NCBI GenBank assembly: GCA_949294395.1
Contig: CASFGU010000023.1
Span: forward strand, 21-64,020
From: an uncultured bacterium
Lineage (GTDB): Bacteria; Cyanobacteriota; Vampirovibrionia; Gastranaerophilales; Gastranaerophilaceae
Reading direction: 5' to 3'
DNA: 64,000 nt
Shown here: positions 1 through 8,152 of the stretch, piece by piece
How positions within the stretch are numbered: position 1 is the stretch's first letter
Layout: each line of letters starts with the position of its first letter
The notes under the pieces: model-generated
Databases searched by the model: none
Told to the model about the DNA's origin: nothing
Seen by the model: the letters and a program-made list of their open reading frames with translations, nothing else
Made by a program: the position numbers and the translations under genes

Positions 1-217
1 TTAGGTATATCAAGTATTTTAAGGAGAAAAAGTGAGTATTTTATGACCCTATAACCGGACATTTTGAGCTTTTCAATTACCTATTTCTCATTTTGAGGGA
101 AGCGCCTTAAATGCCTAATATTTCGATACTTTCAGGAGTATTAACTAGTGAAATTTTAGAATTAAACTACATGAAAAGTTATACTAAGCGTACATAATAA
201 TCAAACCATGTGTTCTT

Positions 218-523
218 TTACAGTAATTCATCTGCTTTCTTAGTCATTTTTTTTAAGAATGAATTTGTAGATTGAAAAATACCCTGCAAATATTCTTTGT
301 TACCGATTTCAGTGAACAATCTGTCAGTAAAATGCCGAACAAAAAAGATGTCGATGTTTCTGATGGCTCTATCGCCGGTTTCTTCCAGTTCACATAACTC
401 TTTGAATTTTTTAAACTTAGCCGGTGTATTAATCTTGCCTAAAACAACTTTCTTTGCATTATCACTAAACCTAAAACGCCCAAATGACGGCTGACGATAA
501 TTTGTTTGATTATTAACTAACAT
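218..523 (-). CDS. hypothetical protein (101 aa)
   Basis: Intact ORF in the track. I recognise no motif. Confidence 0.4.
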   Translation of the reverse strand: MLVNNQTNYRQPSFGRFRFSDNAKKVVLGKINTPAKFKKFKELCELEETGDRAIRNIDIFFVRHFTDRLFTEIGNKEYLQGIFQSTNSFLKKMTKKADELL

Positions 524-684
524 GGTACCTCCTATTTGTAATATGTGTAGAATAAAGTATGAAAATATTTTTTTTGCTACTTCATAAAATAAATTGTCTC
601 TTTAAGTTAATAATAATTAACATTTCTGTAATCCTGTCTTTATGCTATATGTAAACAACTGAGCAGAGCAACCATTTAAAAAGC

Positions 685-722
685 AATAGAGATAAGGGTT
701 TAACTCTTATCTCTATTTTTTA
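685..722. terminator. hairpin plus T-run (stem AATAGAGATAAG / CTTATCTCTATT)
   Basis: 12-bp perfect stem and 9-nt loop. T-run follows on +, A-run precedes, so it could act on either strand. Confidence 0.4.
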
Positions 723-743
723 AATTTTTTAAGTTTTTGTCAT

Positions 744-765
744 TTTGGGTGACTTTTGGGTGACT
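744..765. repeat. perfect tandem duplication of the 11-mer TTTTGGGTGAC
   Basis: Read directly: cattttgggtgacttttgggtgactatt. Intergenic. Confidence 0.9.
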
Positions 766-784
766 ATTCAATAAGATATTTAAA

Positions 785-818
785 AGGGTTTCAGGTTTTT
801 ATCTGAAACTCTTTTTTT
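785..818. terminator. hairpin plus T-run (AGGGTTTCAG / CTGAAACTCT)
   Basis: 10-bp stem with one G-U pair, followed by TTTTTT on +. An A-rich run upstream also allows minus-strand use, downstream of the GT6 operon. Confidence 0.4.
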
Positions 819-925
819 ATCTCTGCCCCCTATTTGCCCGCCCCGCGCAACTGATATTATTTGAATTAATTAAGGAAAATCCTTTTCAAGCCGGAACCAC
901 AATCTGCTTACTAACACCGGTCGCT

Positions 926-1744
926 TTATTTTTTTAACAATTTTTCAAAAAAAGAATATACAGGATTTTGAGTTTTCTTCTTGTCGGTTAAGCCTCTTAA
1001 ATAGTCCTGACCACCGTATCGAGGATGTGCCTTATCTGTTGACAGAATTTTTATATCATCCTTAAACGGATTATTCTTGTACCATTTGCGCGGCATCCAG
1101 CGTCCTTCCGGATAAAGATAATTAACCGGCATAATGAGCGGATTTTTATCAAGTAAATACTTATTCAGCATACTCTCATCGTGCCAGAGAGGAATAACCC
1201 CGTTATCAATATCAATACGGGTTAACTCAGCTAATTTTTCGCACATTTCAAGATATGAAGCCCCCCCCCCCCCGTTCAAAGCTCCGGTTGCGTAATGCTT
1301 TCCGGCGCCATAAGGGATGTATGCCTGTGATGCCGGATTTCTGTCATAGGTAAATTCATCGGGCTGTTTGTTATAAAATGCCGGATGAGAACCGGTCATT
1401 AAAAAATCATTTTCGGCAGAGGGCAGAATTTCTTCTCCTACCTTGCTCAAAAATTTTGTGTTTGCATTAAAGAAAAATAGGTAATCGTATTCTTTTAAGC
1501 GTTCTTTCTGTGAAAGAAATATTTCAAACCGCATCATTGTATCGTAAGGCCAACCGAGTTTTTTCTGATAAATTTTTAAAATATTTTTGTTTTCTTCGTA
1601 CTTCAATTTTTCCGCATCAGTAAAGACAAAGTAAGTTTTATTATCTTCCGGCAGAAAATATTTTTCACACCCCGGATAAAATTCATCCCAGAAACAGATG
1701 TATCTGCCTGTTACAATATATAAAACAGCTATTTTCTTCTTCAT
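926..1744 (-). CDS. glycosyltransferase family 6 (ABO / alpha-1,3-Gal(NAc)-transferase-like), bacterial NXN type
   Basis: Motifs AVLYIVTGRY..FWDEFY, FFFNANTKF (NXN in place of the DXD of animal GT6) and GALNGGGG..(27 aa)..WHDESMLNKYLL. These align by eye with the mammalian GTA/GTB segment GGFFGGS...WHDESHLNKYLL. Confidence 0.8.
   Translation of the reverse strand: MKKKIAVLYIVTGRYICFWDEFYPGCEKYFLPEDNKTYFVFTDAEKLKYEENKNILKIYQKKLGWPYDTMMRFEIFLSQKERLKEYDYLFFFNANTKFLSKVGEEILPSAENDFLMTGSHPAFYNKQPDEFTYDRNPASQAYIPYGAGKHYATGALNGGGGASYLEMCEKLAELTRIDIDNGVIPLWHDESMLNKYLLDKNPLIMPVNYLYPEGRWMPRKWYKNNPFKDDIKILSTDKAHPRYGGQDYLRGLTDKKKTQNPVYSFFEKLLKK
1261..1273 (-). repeat. homopolymer: C13 on + strand, G13 on the coding strand, inside the GT6 gene
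   Basis: Counted directly (gaag-CCCCCCCCCCCCC-gttc). Encodes the GGGG of ALNGGGGASY. Confidence 0.95.
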
Positions 1745-3216
1745 AACTTAATCCTTACTATTAGTTCTTTTTTTATAATCTTTATAATTACATCCTTCCA
1801 GCTTTCATCAATTCCTCGTTTATAAAGTTTAACGCTATCGTACCAGTCGCAATGGTTTAGGTCAAGGTGCCAGCGCCAGTTGTACTGATAAGGAAGCAGG
1901 ATTATGCAGGGTTTACCGAGTGCTCCTGCAACGTGTGCAAGCGAAGTGTCATTGCAGATTATAATATCCATATTCTCTACAGCGGCTGCCGTGTATGAAA
2001 AATTTTTAAATGTTTCGCTTAAGTCTATTATGTTTTTGCCGGAGAGTTTTTTTAATTCTTCCGAACCTTCAAACGTCTGGCATGAATAAATTTGAACATT
2101 ATTAAGTTCAAACAGCGGGTTGAACGCTTCGATATTTATAACCCTTCCTGTTTCATAGAACGTGTTGCCCTGCCATTTTATTCCTATTTTAATTTTCTTG
2201 TTATTAAAAAAGTTTTCTTTATACCATTTGACTTTTTCAACGTTAGCTGACAGATATTTACCGGTTGGTTGAAAAATATTAAGGTTATTTCGCTTTAAAA
2301 GATACGGGAGGCTTAATAGCGGTGCGTGAACATCAAAATCAATATCCTTTTGCGCTTTAAAAGTTTCCATAACCTCTATATCAGGAAAATTTTCGAGGAA
2401 CCATTCCGCAAGTTCCTGCTGGGGCTTAAAAATTATTTTTTTACAGCGAGCTTGGAGTTCTTTGAGGTATCTGGAATACATAATAACATCGCCAAATCCG
2501 GCTTCGTAATAGACATAAATTGTTTTGTCTGAAATATTTTCCCCCTGCCAGAGCGGCGCTTTTGCTGTTAAATCCGGATACGTTGTTTCCTGTGTTTTTA
2601 TGGCGGTTTCACGGCATAGGCGTGCTTCAAATGGTTTGAAGCCGCGCTCGTAGTCTTTGTTTCTAAAGTATGCAAGTGAGAGAAAATAAAGGCTTTCCCT
2701 GTCATCGGGATTTATCCTTAATACTCTGTTATAATATGTGATTGCCCCGCGCGGATTGTTAAGAAGAAGGTAGAGGGCGGCAAGGTTAAAGTTTGCTTTT
2801 TCAGAGGCAGGATTAAGTTCAAGAGCTTTCAGATAGGCTTGTTCTGCAGCATCAAAGTTTTCGAGGTTTTTGTAAGCAAGACCGAGGTTAAACCACAGGG
2901 TAAAGCTGCCGCTGTCAGTAATAAATGCTTCTTTTATAACTGACACGGCATTATCCCACTTTTCTTGTTTTATGTAGAGCCCAGCAAGATTTTCGTAAGT
3001 ATATATGTTTTTTTCAAGCTTTATTGATTTTTTGAATAGTTTTTCCGCCTCGTCATATTTTTCTGTCTGATATTTTAAAAGTCCGAGAAGATTGAATATT
3101 TCACTGTTTTGAGGGTTAATTTTCAGTGCTTCAACATAAAGCTTTTCAGCCTTTGAAAATTCTCTTTTCGCATGATGAGAAAACGCTCTTTCTAATAATT
3201 CTTTTGATTTATCCAT
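1741..3216 (-). CDS. TPR-repeat protein with C-terminal GT9-like (heptosyltransferase-fold) domain
   Basis: The N-terminal ~190 aa are TPR-like repeats (AEKLYVEALKINPQN, AEQAYLKALELNPAS, YYNRVLRINPDD). The C-terminus has GIKWQGN...CNDTSLAHVAGALGKP, typical of GT9-type sugar-nucleotide binding. Its stop overlaps the GT6 start (ATGA). Confidence 0.6.
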   Translation of the reverse strand: MDKSKELLERAFSHHAKREFSKAEKLYVEALKINPQNSEIFNLLGLLKYQTEKYDEAEKLFKKSIKLEKNIYTYENLAGLYIKQEKWDNAVSVIKEAFITDSGSFTLWFNLGLAYKNLENFDAAEQAYLKALELNPASEKANFNLAALYLLLNNPRGAITYYNRVLRINPDDRESLYFLSLAYFRNKDYERGFKPFEARLCRETAIKTQETTYPDLTAKAPLWQGENISDKTIYVYYEAGFGDVIMYSRYLKELQARCKKIIFKPQQELAEWFLENFPDIEVMETFKAQKDIDFDVHAPLLSLPYLLKRNNLNIFQPTGKYLSANVEKVKWYKENFFNNKKIKIGIKWQGNTFYETGRVINIEAFNPLFELNNVQIYSCQTFEGSEELKKLSGKNIIDLSETFKNFSYTAAAVENMDIIICNDTSLAHVAGALGKPCIILLPYQYNWRWHLDLNHCDWYDSVKLYKRGIDESWKDVIIKIIKKELIVRIKL

Positions 3217-3395
3217 AAAACCCTTCTGGTTTTAAGTATATCAGAAAATTTACGTGAGGGCTAGTACATTCCGGTGATTTTAGGATTGATTGGAGTTAAA
3301 ACTTTAAACTTATAAGTTAACCGTACTTCTGATTAAAAATTTTCCCGTTAAATTTAATATCAAAATGGCTCTAAAAACGAAAGGAGATATAAAAA

Positions 3396-4691
3396 ATGAG
3401 TTTTAATCCGTTAAAAGAAAAGGGCATTGCTCCTGAAAAACAGCTGAGAAGCTGGCATAAAATTGCACACAGACATTTTAACAAATATGAGGTGGACTGT
3501 TACACACGCACAAGACAGATTTTGATGAATGGGATTGAGATAGAGGCGTGGAATTTTAAACATAATTTTGCAAGAATAACCAATGATGAAGAAATAAAAC
3601 GTTTTCTGGCAGAAACAAAACGCATAGAGGATATGCAGCAGACAACAATTAACTGGATGGCGCCAGCAGACCAGTCGGTTCTGGAAACAACACTGGGCTA
3701 CGAGCAGGTTGCTGTTGATTTAACTGCCTGGATGGCGCAGAACGAGCCGGATGATTATGTCAGAGAAACCTTTAACTTCGGGTTGCTCGAGGATTTTGAC
3801 CATTTATACAGATACAGCCAGTGGGCTTATATGGAACACGGAATTGATCCTGATGACATAGTTCAGGCTCAAACTGATGTTATGTTAAGCAGACCGACAC
3901 AAAATCATCACAACAACAATATTCTTCGTCTGCGCGAACATTACGACAAATCAACCGCAGCACCGCAGACAAAAGTTAATATTTTAACCCTTGTTTCCGG
4001 TGAACAGCAGACGCACAACTATTATGCCGAACACGGTATGCAATACGGCAATGAGTGTCTGAGAGAAACTTACGCTGAAATAAAAGACGTTGAAGAAGAA
4101 CACGTTACCATGTATGAATCCCTCATAGACCCTACTGAATCTTTGTATGAAAAACTGCTTTTGCACGAATTTACAGAAGTTTGTACGTACAACAACTGTA
4201 TGGAAGATGAGATTGACGATATGCTTAAACCTGTCTGGGAAGAGTTTCTTGCTTACGAACTCGGACATCTGCAGATTGCGGCTGAATTGTTTAAAAAATA
4301 CGAAAGACGTGATCCTGAAGAAGTTATCGGTACGGAACTTGTTTATCCTTGCAGATTCAAATCTCAAAAAGAGTATGTTGCAAAAATTCTGGAAACCGAA
4401 ATTGACAAGCGTCTGGGGCTGGATAAGGATTACACTGTAATTAAAAAGCTTCCGGACAACTGGCCATCGTATAATGTTCAGGAAAAAGTGAGTGAGGATG
4501 GAGCACCTACTGAAATGACAATCAGGGTAATCGCAGAGCAGAAAGACCGTGACTTGATTATAGCCTCCGACAAATTGAAAAAGGATGCCCCGAAACTCCT
4601 TGAAAAAGGGCTTGAAACAAAAGCCCTTGCGCCTGATACTGTGACTGTTGATGAATACAAAGCAATGAGTGCCGAAAAATTTGAGATGTAG
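3396..4691 (+). CDS. hypothetical protein, possibly a ferritin-like di-iron protein
   Basis: 431-aa ORF with RBS GGAGA upstream. Several E..H motifs (VEEEHV, YELGHL, GEQQTH) on predicted helices. The family is not recognised with certainty. Confidence 0.35.
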   Translation: MSFNPLKEKGIAPEKQLRSWHKIAHRHFNKYEVDCYTRTRQILMNGIEIEAWNFKHNFARITNDEEIKRFLAETKRIEDMQQTTINWMAPADQSVLETTLGYEQVAVDLTAWMAQNEPDDYVRETFNFGLLEDFDHLYRYSQWAYMEHGIDPDDIVQAQTDVMLSRPTQNHHNNNILRLREHYDKSTAAPQTKVNILTLVSGEQQTHNYYAEHGMQYGNECLRETYAEIKDVEEEHVTMYESLIDPTESLYEKLLLHEFTEVCTYNNCMEDEIDDMLKPVWEEFLAYELGHLQIAAELFKKYERRDPEEVIGTELVYPCRFKSQKEYVAKILETEIDKRLGLDKDYTVIKKLPDNWPSYNVQEKVSEDGAPTEMTIRVIAEQKDRDLIIASDKLKKDAPKLLEKGLETKALAPDTVTVDEYKAMSAEKFEM

Positions 4692-4730
4692 ATGAAGTTC
4701 CGGCTAAAACTCTGATATTTTCTTTAATAA

Positions 4731-4758
4731 AAGAGGGATGAAAATATCCCTCTTTTTG
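4731..4758 (+). terminator. rho-independent terminator
   Basis: AAGAGGGAT-gaaaat-ATCCCTCTT followed by TTTGT, 40 nt after the stop at 4691. Confidence 0.7.
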
Positions 4759-4772
4759 TATACAATACTGGT

Positions 4773-5711
4773 ATGATGAAGTTTTTCAGAGCTGGTGTAA
4801 TTTATTCAAATCTGGCACTGCTTGGGGCTGCTTGTATCTGGGGTGTTTCCTTTGTTGCGCAGAAAGCAGGTATGGAATATGTAGGGCCGTTTACATTTAA
4901 TGCTGCAAGAACATTTTTAGGCGGCTTAAGTCTCCTTCCTGTTATTGCAGTGTTTAAACTTCTGTCATTAAAAAATGACACACGAACTCCGGAAGAAAAG
5001 TTTGAGCAGCATAAAACTCTTGCCGCAGGCGGAATGCTTTGCGGGCTTCTTCTGTTTGGCGCACTTTCAATAAATCAATATTGTATGATTTATGCTCCTG
5101 CCGGAAAGGCCGGATTTATAACTTCTCTTTATATAATATTTGTTCCGCTGATTGCGGTATTTATGAAGAAAAAACTTCGTATAAATGTTAAAATAAGCGT
5201 TCTGCTTGCCGTGACAGGGTTGTATCTTCTCTGTTTTAAAAATACCGGACATGTGGAATTTACGGATGTCCTGCTTCTTTTAAGCGCTTTTGTTTTCGGA
5301 CTTCATATAATCACAGTGAATTATTACTCTCACAGGGTAAGTTCTGCAAAATTGTCCTGTGTGCAATTTTTTACCGCCTGTATTCTCTCCCTGCCTCTTA
5401 TGTTTATGTTTGAGAACCCGCAGATTGCCGATATAATGCGCGGCGCAAAACCTGTATTATTTTCCGGTGTAATCGCAACCGGGGTAGCTTATACCCTCCA
5501 AATTCTGGGACAAAAAGGCACAACGCCTGTAGTTGCTTCACTGTTTATGAGTCTGGAATCTGTTTTTGCAATGCTCGGCGGGATTGTTCTTCTCGGAGAA
5601 GTCTTTACCATCAGGGAAGCCGCCGGCTGTGTGTTTATGATTTGTGCAATCCTTCTCTCGCAAATCAGGCTTCCGTTTTTAAATCCACGCAAGTCCGATA
5701 GAAAATATTGA
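4773..5711 (+). CDS. DMT-superfamily (EamA-type) transporter
   Basis: About 10 predicted TM helices in two EamA-like halves. GVSFVAQK and the LGE..T motif near the C-terminus. Confidence 0.75.
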   Translation: MMKFFRAGVIYSNLALLGAACIWGVSFVAQKAGMEYVGPFTFNAARTFLGGLSLLPVIAVFKLLSLKNDTRTPEEKFEQHKTLAAGGMLCGLLLFGALSINQYCMIYAPAGKAGFITSLYIIFVPLIAVFMKKKLRINVKISVLLAVTGLYLLCFKNTGHVEFTDVLLLLSAFVFGLHIITVNYYSHRVSSAKLSCVQFFTACILSLPLMFMFENPQIADIMRGAKPVLFSGVIATGVAYTLQILGQKGTTPVVASLFMSLESVFAMLGGIVLLGEVFTIREAAGCVFMICAILLSQIRLPFLNPRKSDRKY

Positions 5712-6008
5712 AATTAACAAAGAGCCGAAAAGAGCGCTCCAGAACCCGCTTATTTCAATCCCGGGAACAAGATACGCCGCAAACATGAATAAAAGAGCGT
5801 TTATCACAAGCGTGAAAATTCCGAGTGTCAGAATATTAATAGGAAGGGTCAGCAGAATTAATACCGGTTTTATAAAGGTATTGATTAGTGCAATCACAAC
5901 GGCTGCAATCATAGCCGCTGTAAAGTTGTCGATTTCAATACCCGGAATAATCCAGCCGGCAAACATTATTATTAACGCAAGACCTATCCACTTTAAAATT
6001 AATACCAT
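5679..6008 (-). CDS. small 4-TM membrane protein, phage holin family IV / YvlD-like
   Basis: 109 aa. GWIIPGIEI..F and AYLVPGIEISGFWSALFGSLLIS repeats are typical of this family. Confidence 0.55.
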   Translation of the reverse strand: MVLILKWIGLALIIMFAGWIIPGIEIDNFTAAMIAAVVIALINTFIKPVLILLTLPINILTLGIFTLVINALLFMFAAYLVPGIEISGFWSALFGSLLISIFSIGLAWI

Positions 6009-6075
6009 AATATATTCTCCCTGTCAGTTTTAATTTTATACAATTATCCGGAAAATTCAATGCCTGAAAGTATAA

Positions 6076-6108
6076 TAAAAAAGCAGGCTCTCAATGCCTG
6101 CTTTTTCA
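6076..6108 (-). terminator. rho-independent terminator (symmetric)
   Basis: AAAAAGCAGGC-tctcaat-GCCTGCTTTTT, immediately downstream of the permease stop at 6113. Confidence 0.65.
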
Positions 6109-6112
6109 GTTA

Positions 6113-7435
6113 TTAACGTAAGAATTTCAGATAAATATAAGCCGTACTCAGTATAAGTGATATTAATACTGTAACAACACCGTACTTCATAAACTGCATA
6201 AACGAAATTTTGTGACCTTTAGCAGCAGAAGTTTCAGAAACAATAACGTTTGCGGCAGCCCCTATTATTGTGAGGTTTCCTCCAAGACATGCCCCTAATG
6301 ACAGGCACCACCAGAGAGGTTCTGCGTAAGCCGCGCCCATAACCTTTTCAATTTCAAGAATCATAGGGGTCATTGTAGCTGTGTACGGTATATTGTCAAT
6401 TACGCCGGAAATTAAGCCCGAGCCCCACAGAATAAGCAGTGAGGCAGCAGCTTTTGAGCCTTCCGTAATATTAATAATCCATTTTGCCATAAGCGCAATA
6501 CCTCCGGATGCCTCAAGCCCGCCTATGATTATGAATAATCCGATAAAGAAGAAAATAGTATTCCATTCCACATCTTTGAATATATCAGTCGGTTTTTCAA
6601 AAACTAAAAGCAAGCTGGCACCGAGCATTGCCATAACAGAAGTTTCAATATGTGTCATGTCATGGGTTACAAACCCTAAGATTACACCGGCAAGGACAAT
6701 TACGCTCCGTATCATAAGTGCTTTGTCTGTAATTGTATTTGAATTGTCAAGTTCTGCAACCTGTTTCATTTTTTCTTCAGTTGTAACAAGGTGTTTACGG
6801 AAGAATAAAGTCATTACAGCAAGTACAACAAAAAGAATTATAAATACAATAAGAGTTAATTCCTTAACGAAATCCATAAAAGAAAGCCCAGCAGCACTTC
6901 CAATAATAATGTTAGGCGGATCTCCGATGAGTGTTGAGGTACCGCCTATGTTTGATGCGAAAACTTCCGTAATCAAATACGGCACAGGATTAATATCCAG
7001 TTTTTTCGCAATAAAGAAGGTGACTGGCATGATTAAAATAACTGTTGTAACATTGTCAAGAAAAGCTGATGTGACAGCTGTGAATAAGCCGAGCACAAAC
7101 AGTATTAAAACCGGCTTGCCGCCTGTGTGCTTGAGCATTTCGTTCGCAATCCAGTTAAAGATACCGCTTCTGGTTGCAATGTTTACAATAATCATCATTG
7201 ATACAAGTAAAAATATTACGTTAAAATCAATGTAATTGATAAAATAAAGGCTGTTAAGAGCCCCGTCAACGGTTTTGTGCTGGCTTAAAAGTCCGAGAAG
7301 TATTGTTGCCACTGCACCCAGCAGTGCAACAGTTGCTTTCGGAATCTTTTCAAGAGCAATAAAAATGTAGGCAATAATAAGTATCGCAGCAGAAACTCCG
7401 ACACTGTGAGCCTGAACAAAGTTTAGTAGATCCAT
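6113..7435 (-). CDS. ArsB/NhaD-superfamily (SLC13 / YbiR-like) ion permease
   Basis: 440 aa, polytopic. Motifs FLDNVTTV, GGTSTLIGDPPNIII and DNIPYTATM..P are typical of this permease superfamily. Confidence 0.7.
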   Translation of the reverse strand: MDLLNFVQAHSVGVSAAILIIAYIFIALEKIPKATVALLGAVATILLGLLSQHKTVDGALNSLYFINYIDFNVIFLLVSMMIIVNIATRSGIFNWIANEMLKHTGGKPVLILFVLGLFTAVTSAFLDNVTTVILIMPVTFFIAKKLDINPVPYLITEVFASNIGGTSTLIGDPPNIIIGSAAGLSFMDFVKELTLIVFIILFVVLAVMTLFFRKHLVTTEEKMKQVAELDNSNTITDKALMIRSVIVLAGVILGFVTHDMTHIETSVMAMLGASLLLVFEKPTDIFKDVEWNTIFFFIGLFIIIGGLEASGGIALMAKWIINITEGSKAAASLLILWGSGLISGVIDNIPYTATMTPMILEIEKVMGAAYAEPLWWCLSLGACLGGNLTIIGAAANVIVSETSAAKGHKISFMQFMKYGVVTVLISLILSTAYIYLKFLR

Positions 7436-7534
7436 TTACTATTCTCCCCTTTAACATATAAAAAATCAGTACCATACCAGAAGTTGATATGATACTGAGA
7501 TTTTATTTAAAAAATAAAATAATTTCAATAGGAT

Positions 7535-8128
7535 TTATCTTTTTATAGTATCGTTGGATTTAAGATATTCTTTTGCAATTTCATCTTTTACATACATTTT
7601 GCCGTCTTTTTTAATAAAGATTTCAAAAATATCAGGATCAGAGCATTTGTCAGGATCAGTGCTGTTGTACATGCAGTTAGGTTGCTTTTCTGAACCGTTT
7701 ACGTCGACTCTTATTTTTGCGTCTGCTGCAAAATCTGTAATAGGCATAATCCATTCAATCCCGTCGCTTGAGATAAATGCAATCTGGTTTGCCACGCAGT
7801 TTGGTACATCATCAACCGTGTTTAGTTTGCTTGCGAATAGCTTGCAGAATTTTGTGTCGCCTGAAATAGATGAATCTGCGGCAGCAGGTTCTATTTCGTC
7901 AAATCCTTCTTTGCCGAGTTTTGTCGCGTACATATCTTCATCGTTAATAAGTTCTGTAACGATTCTTTCTGTGAGATAGTATGCTTTTTTAAACAGAATT
8001 TTATTTTTTGCGGGTTTTACCTGCATAATTGCCGGAATTAGCATTGTTGCAATTATTGAAAGAATTGCAAGGCAGACCATCATTTCCGCTAAGGTAAAAC
8101 CGTATTTAAAATTAGTCATTTTTTTCAT
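7535..8128 (-). CDS. prepilin-type N-terminal cleavage/methylation-domain protein (197 aa)
   Basis: Leader MKKMTNFKYG then FTLAEMMVCLAILSIIATMLIPAI: G-1, F+1, E+5 and a hydrophobic helix. Confidence 0.8.
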   Translation of the reverse strand: MKKMTNFKYGFTLAEMMVCLAILSIIATMLIPAIMQVKPAKNKILFKKAYYLTERIVTELINDEDMYATKLGKEGFDEIEPAAADSSISGDTKFCKLFASKLNTVDDVPNCVANQIAFISSDGIEWIMPITDFAADAKIRVDVNGSEKQPNCMYNSTDPDKCSDPDIFEIFIKKDGKMYVKDEIAKEYLKSNDTIKR

Positions 8129-8152
8129 TTTTTATTTGTCCTTTTTTATTTT

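Noticed and set aside
5679-5711. 33-bp convergent overlap between the EamA transporter and the holin-like gene, considered as a possible annotation or frameshift problem
   Set aside because: Both ORFs look complete with sensible termini. Short convergent overlaps are common and nothing suggests a frameshift.
6381-7235. 284-aa + strand ORF
   Set aside because: It is fully antisense to the well-supported ArsB/NhaD-type permease, and its translation has no recognisable features.
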